IMG/VR virus record: IMGVR_UViG_3300021091_000091
Span: 1 to 55,329 of that record
DNA length: 55,329 bases
DNA from: a virus
Lineage: Duplodnaviria > Caudoviricetes
Direction: 5' to 3' (one strand)
How positions within the stretch are numbered: position 1 is the first letter of the stretch; every line of letters starts with the position of its first letter. The translations under genes and the position numbers were made by a program. Shown here in pieces: positions 46,692 to 54,863 of the stretch. The notes under the pieces are model-generated. The model worked only from the letters and a program-made list of their open reading frames with translations. It searched no databases and had not been told where the DNA came from.

Positions 46692-47981
46692 TTATTCATA
46701 AATTGATACGTGCATAGGGTCATTGTTTTTTAACCACGTCAAACCTTCATTTTGGAAAATTTTTGCAACTTCCAAAAATCCTAAATCAAAATCATTAAAA
46801 TCTCTAACTTTTGTTTTTCCAGAATATATACCATCTGTAGCGAATTTATAACCATATGGATATATTTCGGTATTCATATCTATTGCCAATCCCCAACTAT
46901 GATTTGATAAGCGTGTTCCATTTGTTACATTTCTTAGAGCCAACCCACCACCACAATTTTTTATATATTTTTGAAATCCTTTTGCTTCGATTTTTTTAAA
47001 TGCAGGTTCAACAACTGCTTTTAATTGTTTGTGAACCAAAACAGAAGTACTTCCGCTAGAAGTTGGTATTATTATTTTAGCACAATTTTGTTTTAAATAC
47101 TCTGGATTTAATTTGAACCAAACTCTAACACCCTTACCACCAGTTTTTTGAAGGTATTCATTTATTTCACTTGATGTAGTTAGTTGGTTTGTTAATGGAA
47201 ATTTGTCTGTTCCTTTTTTGTACCAACTTTGTTTAGATGTAGTTGGAATATCCACTTCAAAATTTCCATACTGCCCAATACCCGGCCAAATTCCATTTGC
47301 AACTGCATCATATAGTTTTTTATCACCTTTTACAGGATCTATTTTCTTTTTTGGTTTATCTTCAGGTTGTTCTTCCGGAACATCAGATGTACCGGCATCA
47401 TCTCCTTGTTCCAATCCCAATTCTTTTTTATATTCAATAACACTTTGTTTTATTTGAGTTGGTGTTGGCAATCTATCATCATATATAACGATTGTTGTTT
47501 TAAAAATTTCATCATAAGTTTTTTGGCTTTCCTTATATTTTTCTAAATCTTCTTTAACACTAACCGGCGGGTCTTGTGGTGGTGCTAATACTTGCTGGGG
47601 AGGTGTCCATGTACCAATATTAGTAACTATATTTGATGTTACAGCTATATTTGCAGTCGCACCAACAGCTGGTATGAATGGGATTGGTACTTCATTTAAT
47701 ACTGCTCCTGTCCAATATGCCTGTACTGCTTTACCAAGCTCACCTACTAAATCATAAGGTTGTTTGGATGATTGTCCTTTTAATAAAACTGCATAAACAA
47801 GTTCCTCCATTAATTTAGTATTACCTTTTTTTACCTTAACAAAATTTAAGGTATCATATCCTCTTTTTATCGCAGCATCATACTCTGTTGTCCAAAGTTT
47901 TGCTACTCTTTTTAAATCAGGCAAACTATTTGGATTATTTGCATATTTTAATATATTAGATTTAAATAATGCCCAAGACAT
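46692..47981 (-). CDS. Virion-associated peptidoglycan hydrolase, C-terminal M15-family Zn peptidase
   Basis: R...SNHSWGLAIDMN...W...DPMHVS (H-x6-D...H zinc ligands). Confidence 0.82.
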   Translation of the reverse strand: MSWALFKSNILKYANNPNSLPDLKRVAKLWTTEYDAAIKRGYDTLNFVKVKKGNTKLMEELVYAVLLKGQSSKQPYDLVGELGKAVQAYWTGAVLNEVPIPFIPAVGATANIAVTSNIVTNIGTWTPPQQVLAPPQDPPVSVKEDLEKYKESQKTYDEIFKTTIVIYDDRLPTPTQIKQSVIEYKKELGLEQGDDAGTSDVPEEQPEDKPKKKIDPVKGDKKLYDAVANGIWPGIGQYGNFEVDIPTTSKQSWYKKGTDKFPLTNQLTTSSEINEYLQKTGGKGVRVWFKLNPEYLKQNCAKIIIPTSSGSTSVLVHKQLKAVVEPAFKKIEAKGFQKYIKNCGGGLALRNVTNGTRLSNHSWGLAIDMNTEIYPYGYKFATDGIYSGKTKVRDFNDFDLGFLEVAKIFQNEGLTWLKNNDPMHVSIYE

Positions 47982-47984
47982 ATT

Positions 47985-48722
47985 TTATTTATTTGTATAA
48001 TTAGTTGATGTTGGTATTTGTGATTGAGCTTGTTGAACACTACTTTGTACTGAACTTTGAGCTTGAGAAATAGCTGATTGTGCAGAAGATTTTGCTTGCG
48101 ATATAGCTGATTGTGCCGCACCTTGAGCTTGAGATACCGCGCTTGTAATTACTGATGCATCTAGTTTTGGAATATTTGGTACTTTTGGACTTTTAGGTAT
48201 TTTTGCATCTTTTATTTTAGCAAGTTTATCTTTGTTCGAAAATAATTTTGGTTTTTTAAGTTTTTTTGGTTTAAATTCTTTTACTTTTGGTAACTTTGGT
48301 AATTTAAATCCTTTTATAGCTCCTACAATACCCGCAACTGCACCAGTAGCTGCGCCCGCTATCGCGCCCGCCTGTCCTGCTAAAGCACCTGCCTGTCCTG
48401 CTAAAGCACCTGCCTGTCCTGCTAAGGCACCTGCTTGTCCTGCTAAAGCACCTGCCTGTCCTGCTAAAGCACCTGCCTGTCCTGCTACGGCACCTGCCTG
48501 TCCTGCCAAAGCACCACCTGCTTGTCCTACCAATGCACCTGCTTGTCCTGCTACGGCACCTGCCTGTCCACTTATTTGAGAAGTTGTTTGAGAAACTAAT
48601 TGTTGATTTTGAGAGGTAGCTTGTTGTAATTGTGTTGCTAATTGCTGTGTTTGCTGATTTTGCTGTTGAATTGTATTTTGCAAATCATTTTGAGTAATAG
48701 GTATAATTGTTGTCTTTGGCAT
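47985..48722 (-). CDS. Low-complexity repeat protein (Gln-rich, GQAGALA repeats, Lys/Pro-rich, 11-aa SAISQAQ repeats)
   Basis: Translationally coupled between the spike-like gene and the M15 peptidase. Confidence 0.6.
   Translation of the reverse strand: MPKTTIIPITQNDLQNTIQQQNQQTQQLATQLQQATSQNQQLVSQTTSQISGQAGAVAGQAGALVGQAGGALAGQAGAVAGQAGALAGQAGALAGQAGALAGQAGALAGQAGALAGQAGAIAGAATGAVAGIVGAIKGFKLPKLPKVKEFKPKKLKKPKLFSNKDKLAKIKDAKIPKSPKVPNIPKLDASVITSAVSQAQGAAQSAISQAKSSAQSAISQAQSSVQSSVQQAQSQIPTSTNYTNK
48358..48570. repeat. 21-bp coding tandem repeat, about 10 copies (GQAGALA)
   Basis: Unit cctgcctgtcctgctaaagca with synonymous variants and one 3-bp insertion. Confidence 0.95.
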
Positions 48723-49963
48723 TATGATGTTTGATTTAACTTACTTAATATATCATTTAGCTTTGATTTAATATTTCCAAATTGAGATAAATTTGTAGGT
48801 CCCTCTGCTGTTGGCCCAGATGGGGTAAGAAATATTTGCTGGGTAATAGCATCAATAAGTTCTGATAAAATATTTACTAATTGCTTTCCTTTCACTAATG
48901 GTTCTAATTGGTCATTTCCTAAAAATATAGAACCTTTGCCTGTATAAAAAACCACATCTCTATCATTTGTTACAAAGTTTATATTATCGCCAACAGTTAC
49001 ATCCATACCAAGCTTATTATCTATTGATAATCCACCATCAGAAATAAAACCATAATTTTTCTTAGAAAAGAACATCATTTCTGCATTTTTAGAGGAAAGA
49101 ATTATTCTTCCAGAATTTATTAATATTTGGTCTCCAATTAATTTTGTTGGATAATTGGTAAAAGAAGCTGGTTTTGTTTCAAAATCAGTTGAACCTTTAT
49201 CTGATAAAGTACCGGGTGTAAATGGTAATTCAAATTGCTCAGATGTCATAGCTATTATACTACCATCTCTATTAAAATCTTCTTCTACACTTTGATTTTC
49301 TTTGTACTTATCAGTTTTACTTATACCACTTTCATTATTTCTTAATATCAAAGATGGAGCATATTTGTTATCAACATTATTATATCCAGAAAGTCTAATA
49401 GTATTTCCAAATCTACCTTCTATCAAAAAATCCCCTTCATATAATTTTAAATTATGTAAATATTGTTTTGCTTCATAATACTTTCCATATCCTTTTGTTG
49501 CAGATTTATTAGATTCATTTGTATTTGAAATTCCTGTAGTTGCAACATTGTTATACTCTTGTGCATTATTTTGAAGTTGATTTTCTTTTGCAAATTCAGA
49601 TGCTATTGCATCGTCTTCTGCTGTAACGGAAGGATTAAAAGTCATTCCTATTTTACGATAATAACAATGACCACTTTGAATTTGAATTATTTCTACTATC
49701 TCATTTCTAACAGGTAAATTTTTAACATTTTTATCTAATGGAAATGCTATTGGTAATTCTTCATCAGAAATAGTGCCCGTATCTCTAGTCCTAAATCTTA
49801 TTGCACCTATGTATGAAGAATATCCATTTTGCTCAACCGCATACTTATTGTTTTCATCTAAAATTATATCATAAACATATGCTAATTTAGAATCATATCC
49901 TGGTGCACTATTGGAATTAATAGAATTATTTACACCAACTCTACCCGATGATAATCCTGCCAT
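48722..49963 (-). CDS. Baseplate central spike/hub protein, gp5/VgrG-like, without lysozyme domain
   Basis: N-terminal OB-like IGAIRF...AFP...LPVRNEIV...YY; EGDFLIEGRFGNTIRL; beta-helix-like QILINSGRIILSSK...; C-terminal LTPSGPT. Confidence 0.65.
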   Translation of the reverse strand: MAGLSSGRVGVNNSINSNSAPGYDSKLAYVYDIILDENNKYAVEQNGYSSYIGAIRFRTRDTGTISDEELPIAFPLDKNVKNLPVRNEIVEIIQIQSGHCYYRKIGMTFNPSVTAEDDAIASEFAKENQLQNNAQEYNNVATTGISNTNESNKSATKGYGKYYEAKQYLHNLKLYEGDFLIEGRFGNTIRLSGYNNVDNKYAPSLILRNNESGISKTDKYKENQSVEEDFNRDGSIIAMTSEQFELPFTPGTLSDKGSTDFETKPASFTNYPTKLIGDQILINSGRIILSSKNAEMMFFSKKNYGFISDGGLSIDNKLGMDVTVGDNINFVTNDRDVVFYTGKGSIFLGNDQLEPLVKGKQLVNILSELIDAITQQIFLTPSGPTAEGPTNLSQFGNIKSKLNDILSKLNQTS

Positions 49964-49964
49964 T

Positions 49965-50357
49965 TTACTTTACTGCTTTTTTAAGTTCTTCTAATTCAAA
50001 TTCTAAATCATCTACTCTTTCCACCTCTTGTTTAGTTTCTTCTAATTCTTTTAGAAGTTGATTTTTTTCAAATTCTGAAAGAAATCCATCTTGTCCTTCA
50101 ATCTTTTTATCAGCTGCTATAATTTTTATTGCTATTGTTGCTAATTTTACTAATTGGTCATCATTTTTTACTGAACTATCAATTAGTGATGATATAACAG
50201 GTCCTATGGCAGCAACATCATTTGTATGCTTAACCATTTTTTTCAATTCTTCAATAAGACCTGATATTTTTTGTTTTTTTGAAAATTGATTATTATAGAT
50301 ATCTTCAAAAAGAGAACTTAGATTTTTTCCTTTAAATAACTCGAATTCTGTTGACAT
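49965..50357 (-). CDS. Hypothetical helical protein
   Basis: 130-aa ORF preceded by the late motif. Confidence 0.5.
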   Translation of the reverse strand: MSTEFELFKGKNLSSLFEDIYNNQFSKKQKISGLIEELKKMVKHTNDVAAIGPVISSLIDSSVKNDDQLVKLATIAIKIIAADKKIEGQDGFLSEFEKNQLLKELEETKQEVERVDDLEFELEELKKAVK

Positions 50358-50380
50358 ACTTTTTATTTTAGTGTACGTCT

Positions 50381-50388
50381 ATAAATAT
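50381..50388 (-). promoter_or_regulatory. Putative phage late promoter motif ATATTTAT
   Basis: 24 nt upstream of the ATG at 50357. Confidence 0.6.
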
Positions 50389-50408
50389 GTATAATGAAAA
50401 AAGTGGAT

Positions 50409-51221
50409 TTATTTTGTGATTATCTCAATCTTAATCTTTGGTTGATAATCTTTTGGTAATTTATTATTTATACCCTTAAATACTTTTACTTTATCCTTAA
50501 AGTAAGTTATTTCTATTATTTTGTCTGTCAAATTCATTACAGTTTGGGAAGATGTAGACATTTCGGATGTATCTCTTTTCATATTAAGTTGGGGTCTATT
50601 TGGAAAAAATTCTTTTCTCATTGCTGCTGCTATTTCTTTCCAATCTTCCACTGTATTAACTGATTTTTCAGCCGATATTTTTCTCATTTTTGATGACAAA
50701 TATTTTTCTCCACTTGTATATCCTGCATCAGTAAAAAGATGACCATGATTTGTACGAACAACAGGTGATTTGGAATTTTGTAATTGTACATCCGGCTTAT
50801 GCTTTGATGTAGTTTCAATACTAACCATATGTTTTGGAGATGATACAAATGTATGCCCTTTAAGAGATAATCCACTCTTACCCTTATAAGATATTGTAGC
50901 TCTGATTGCATCTATGAGTGTTGGTTGTTTTAAAATGTTTCTCATCTTGTCACCATCTGGCCCAGGCTTACCCCCTTTTTTAACTATCTTAGCTTCTGCT
51001 TCATCGTGCCCCACTAATAAAGCAGAGTTTACCACTCCAATTCCATACTCATTAAGACCCTCACTCCAATCAGTAATTAAATCATGTAAATAAGCAACTT
51101 CCACACCATCTATAATAGTATGTACAATTTCAAGTTCTGGATTATACATTCTATCCCTATTTTTAGCAAGAATAAATTTATCACCAACTTCTTTAGATAC
51201 AATAATACATTCGTTTATCAT
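50409..51221 (-). CDS. N-terminal nucleophile (Ntn) Cys hydrolase (C45/C59/NRDE-like)
   Basis: MINE-CIIV...FILAKNRDR...WSEGLNEYGIGVVNS...VRTNH...SSKMR...T.SQ.VMNL match the Ntn hydrolase pattern. Confidence 0.8.
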   Translation of the reverse strand: MINECIIVSKEVGDKFILAKNRDRMYNPELEIVHTIIDGVEVAYLHDLITDWSEGLNEYGIGVVNSALLVGHDEAEAKIVKKGGKPGPDGDKMRNILKQPTLIDAIRATISYKGKSGLSLKGHTFVSSPKHMVSIETTSKHKPDVQLQNSKSPVVRTNHGHLFTDAGYTSGEKYLSSKMRKISAEKSVNTVEDWKEIAAAMRKEFFPNRPQLNMKRDTSEMSTSSQTVMNLTDKIIEITYFKDKVKVFKGINNKLPKDYQPKIKIEIITK

Positions 51222-51763
51222 CTTACAGTACTACTAAATGATTTTTTTAAATCATATGTTTGTGAAAGGTCTATAACCTGTAATCTTAGTTTTGTCAAAC
51301 CATGCTTTTGTTTAAGAATATCCATTACTTTTTTAGCTTCTGGCATATTCTTAGCTTTTGTATATGCTACAACTTCATCCTTTTCGCCAGGCGGAACACC
51401 CCATATAATAAACTCTTTTTCTTCTTTTAGGAATGATTTTAATGTTATTGTTTGTTCACTTTTTTTAATACTATTTATAAAACTTCTATATACAGCAGCT
51501 GCTGAAACTTTACCTGCTGCTTTAGCCCTCTGTTCCATAGCAATTGCTGCCTGTATTTTGTGAGCGTGTGGTTTTCCACTATTTTTTATTTTATTTACGC
51601 TACTTTTTGCATCTTTAACCGTAGCGAACTTTAATCCATGAATTGTCCCTTTGGGATTTTCATCAGTATATAAATCACTATGATTTGAACTACCCTTATG
51701 TTGACCTGATTTTCGTGGTATTCTATTATTTGCTTCCTTTAATAATAATTTTAAACTTATCAT
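51218..51763 (-). CDS. Putative internal head polyprotein (two leader-bearing modules)
   Basis: MISLKLLLKE leader, plus a second internal ITLKSFLKEE before module KEFIIWGVPPG.... Confidence 0.55.
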   Translation of the reverse strand: MISLKLLLKEANNRIPRKSGQHKGSSNHSDLYTDENPKGTIHGLKFATVKDAKSSVNKIKNSGKPHAHKIQAAIAMEQRAKAAGKVSAAAVYRSFINSIKKSEQTITLKSFLKEEKEFIIWGVPPGEKDEVVAYTKAKNMPEAKKVMDILKQKHGLTKLRLQVIDLSQTYDLKKSFSSTVR

Positions 51764-52335
51764 ATACTTGGTAATCCTTGTGCTTTTGCAAATTTATTTA
51801 TAAACCTTTTTGTTGTTCCATCATTTAAAACATTTACCCATTCTTTAATGGCCTGTCTTGTTATTACATTTTTCCACTGCTTATAATTTGATACCATTCC
51901 AAAATTTGAACCTGGCGTTGGTATATCTCTACTATCTTTTGTTTTATCAGGATATAATTCTGAAAATACTTTATCTAATTTTTCTTGTGCTATTTTACTT
52001 TCTAACCATCTACTAACCAAACTCCTTTCGTATTCTAATTTAGAAAAATCTATCTTTTGTTTTTCACCATTATTTCTAGCTTTCTCAATTTGCTTTTCAA
52101 ACTCTTTTAATTTCTTATCATTTTTAAGAGTAAAATAAACATACTTATTAAAATTTCCATCATCTAAAGAATCCAACCATTTAATATGTGGATTTCCAAC
52201 AAACTTTTTATATTCTGATTTATTTCTGAATCCTCTAACCACCATTGAAATTGTCCACATTATAAATTGAGCTGCAGCAAATATTAAAAGTTCTTGTAAA
52301 AAGCCTTCGTTCAATATTTTTTTTAATCTAATCAT
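51760..52335 (-). CDS. Leader-bearing protein with a hydrophobic (possible transmembrane) segment
   Basis: MIRLKKILNE-GFLQE-LLIFAAAQFIMWTISMVV. Confidence 0.55.
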   Translation of the reverse strand: MIRLKKILNEGFLQELLIFAAAQFIMWTISMVVRGFRNKSEYKKFVGNPHIKWLDSLDDGNFNKYVYFTLKNDKKLKEFEKQIEKARNNGEKQKIDFSKLEYERSLVSRWLESKIAQEKLDKVFSELYPDKTKDSRDIPTPGSNFGMVSNYKQWKNVITRQAIKEWVNVLNDGTTKRFINKFAKAQGLPSI

Positions 52336-53741
52336 TTTAATTCGGCGTTTTTTAATTCTCTTGCTAAATCATGCATAATTCTTTTTGTAAATTGAACTGA
52401 ATCTTTACCTAAAAATGATATACCTGAAATGTTTGTAATATCTTTATGTCCACCTGATTGTTTTACAATTAAATCGTATGCTGAAATGGTTATTGTTTCT
52501 AATTTTTGTTTTTCAGGCTCAGTAAGATTATTATAATGCTTTTTGGAAATTGCATCTATTAAATCTTTTTTATCATCATTAGGTATTCCTTTTGCTTCTT
52601 TACCAAATAATGCGGATAGGTCTTTTAGTGTGAATCCAAAAGAACGTTCAGAACCTAAAGTAAGTATATCAGATTCCATTTTCTTTTTTATATCTCTAAA
52701 TGTAAGTTGTTTACTGTCTAAATAACTTTTATATTTTTTTAATATCTTCATCGCTATATCACCCAAATTAAATTGATTTACACCCTTTTTAAATGGATTT
52801 TTTGAAGCTTGTACTAATCCCATAGGATATCCTAAAATCATATAATGAGCATCAGGATTCGTTTTAAATGGAATATATCTATCATACCCACCACCTCTAA
52901 GATTACCCATACCATATTGAACAATTACATTACCAACTTTTCCATAATTTCCATTTTCCAAGTTTTCAATATCTCTATTACGAGATAAATCCCTTTGCAT
53001 TTTTTCAGGTCTTTGAGAATGAATATAAACTGCTTGTGGAATATCTAAATCTTCTGGTTTTAATCCTGCTGCTTTAGCGTTTTTCATAGTAACATTAAAA
53101 ATACTAATCAAAGATGGATTTGCTTCCATTACTATTTTTTCTAAAAATCTTGGTTGATTTTTAAATGCTAATAACACTTTATTTGCAACAAATCCCATAG
53201 CCACTCTATTTTTTGAAGATGATTTACTTCTATCATACTTAAAAGCTGTTGCTATAAATTCATCTACATCAATTCCTTGTCTTGCAAAATCCGCTGAATC
53301 AACTGTTGAAATAATTTTTATATCTTCGTTTGGAAATATATCATTCGGTGAAAGTTCTTGAGAAATTGTTTCTACGTTTGATGGTTTCTTTTTAAAGCTA
53401 GATGCAGTTCCTCTTTCTACTCCACTTTGAGATTCATGATGGTCAGTATGTATTGTTACACCTGGTTTTCCGTGTGCAAAATCTACTAAAACAACCATAT
53501 GACCTGGAGTTGGTTTTGGTGCAGAATATTCTCTACCACCATATTGTATGTGCTCAGCATTTACAACTTTTATACCATACCTTTCTAAGTATGCTTTCAT
53601 TCCGATTGCACTTGTTACTCCATCCAAGTCCATATGAAAGTATAAATCAGCCTTATTATTTTCTTTTGCTAATCTTCGTATATCTCTAATTCCGGATTCG
53701 GTGAGTAATACCTCATTTAACAAATTAGAAAGCTTAATCAT
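52332..53741 (-). CDS. DHH-family phosphoesterase with leader peptide
   Basis: YFHMDLDGVTSA (motif I), VLVDFAH (motif II), IHTDHH (motif III), STVDSAD, and C-terminal SGGHK (DHHA1-like). Confidence 0.82.
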   Translation of the reverse strand: MIKLSNLLNEVLLTESGIRDIRRLAKENNKADLYFHMDLDGVTSAIGMKAYLERYGIKVVNAEHIQYGGREYSAPKPTPGHMVVLVDFAHGKPGVTIHTDHHESQSGVERGTASSFKKKPSNVETISQELSPNDIFPNEDIKIISTVDSADFARQGIDVDEFIATAFKYDRSKSSSKNRVAMGFVANKVLLAFKNQPRFLEKIVMEANPSLISIFNVTMKNAKAAGLKPEDLDIPQAVYIHSQRPEKMQRDLSRNRDIENLENGNYGKVGNVIVQYGMGNLRGGGYDRYIPFKTNPDAHYMILGYPMGLVQASKNPFKKGVNQFNLGDIAMKILKKYKSYLDSKQLTFRDIKKKMESDILTLGSERSFGFTLKDLSALFGKEAKGIPNDDKKDLIDAISKKHYNNLTEPEKQKLETITISAYDLIVKQSGGHKDITNISGISFLGKDSVQFTKRIMHDLARELKNAELK

Positions 53742-54202
53742 TATCCCTTACATTTCCTCCAGCTACCGCCTTTTCCTTTGTAATTTTTTGCAGCCCATCC
53801 ATTTGCGTACGCTGATGGATAAACATCAAACTTCTTTTTAGCTGCTGCTTTAGATGCTGCCCATTTACCCGGATCGGTTGGACAATTCTTTTCTAAGAAT
53901 AATTCCATTTTTTGTTCTACAGTTAATACTTTTTCCATATTTTCGTTTTTCTTTTTCTTTTTACCAGCACAATGTGCTTTTTGTGAGAATCCTTTTGGGT
54001 TACTACAATTTATAGATTTTTTATATTTTTGTGACCAACCTTCTTTTACTTTTTTTGGTTTTTCTTTTTTAAATGGATTTGGATTTTCTTTACTACCTCT
54101 ATAATCATAAGCAAATTCATGCTTTTCTGGATTTACTTTTTTGACATCGTATTTCTTTCCAGTTTCTCTATTTTTAACAAATATATCAGATAGACGTATC
54201 AT
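53741..54202 (-). CDS. Putative internal head polyprotein of short basic modules
   Basis: MIRLSDIF leader; VKE|GWSQKYKKSINCSNPKGFSQKAHCAG; FLE|KNCPTDPGKWAASKAAAKKKFDVYPSAYANGWAAKNYKGKGGSWRK. Confidence 0.55.
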   Translation of the reverse strand: MIRLSDIFVKNRETGKKYDVKKVNPEKHEFAYDYRGSKENPNPFKKEKPKKVKEGWSQKYKKSINCSNPKGFSQKAHCAGKKKKKNENMEKVLTVEQKMELFLEKNCPTDPGKWAASKAAAKKKFDVYPSAYANGWAAKNYKGKGGSWRKCKG

Positions 54203-54549
54203 TATTCTCCAGTTTTTTCTTTTATAATTAACTCACCTAAAACTTCTAATAATCCAACTATTTTTTGAAATTGTACTGCATCAGGTTTTTCACTTGCCAT
54301 CAATTTATGCAAAGATTCCATATATTGATTATAAGATGAAGTTGCTTTTTCTAAATTAAACTTACCTTCTGCTGCTTCTTTATAGTGTGGAAGTTTTACT
54401 ACAAAGTGTTCATATGTAAGAATTGCAGGTCCACCTTTAGCTTTTGCATCAGATGCTATCTTAGTTGCACCGTCCAATCTCTTATTTGCAAAATCAGATA
54501 TTTTCATATCCTCAAATTCTTCTTTTAATATTTCAGATAATTTAATCAT
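54202..54549 (-). CDS. Leader-bearing hypothetical protein
   Basis: MIKLSEILKEE leader; helical body. Confidence 0.55.
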   Translation of the reverse strand: MIKLSEILKEEFEDMKISDFANKRLDGATKIASDAKAKGGPAILTYEHFVVKLPHYKEAAEGKFNLEKATSSYNQYMESLHKLMASEKPDAVQFQKIVGLLEVLGELIIKEKTGE

Positions 54550-54863
54550 TATGCACCTGTTTTTACAAATGTTGGTTTTTGACCTTTTGATTTTTCACCA
54601 CCTTTCTTACTATCTCCTGCCTTAGATTGAGCTGCTCTTTTTCTTTTTACAAATGATGCTCTACCATCAGGCCCTAACTTAGCTGCTTTATCTTTTGATA
54701 AACATGCCGCATATGCCGAACCTTTTTTACTATCACCACACTTACCTACTTTCTTACCTTTGGAATCATATCTATCCCAACCACCTCCGGATGATGAACC
54801 ACCACCACCTTTACCAAACCATTTACGAAGGTCTTCTCCTATTATATCTCTTAGCAGTATCAT
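54549..54863 (-). CDS. Leader-bearing small basic Gly/Lys-rich protein
   Basis: MILLRDIIGE|DLRKWFGKGGGG...GWDRYD...GKCG...AACL...RKRAAQ. Confidence 0.55.
   Translation of the reverse strand: MILLRDIIGEDLRKWFGKGGGGSSSGGGWDRYDSKGKKVGKCGDSKKGSAYAACLSKDKAAKLGPDGRASFVKRKRAAQSKAGDSKKGGEKSKGQKPTFVKTGA

Noticed and set aside
48358-48570. Possible CRISPR array
   Set aside because: The repeats are head-to-tail with no unique spacers, are in-frame coding, and no cas genes are present.
48232-48579. Plus-strand ORF with PACPAKA repeats resembling a metal-binding protein
   Set aside because: It is the reverse-frame translation of the GQAGALA repeat; the minus-strand ORF is coupled to its neighbours.
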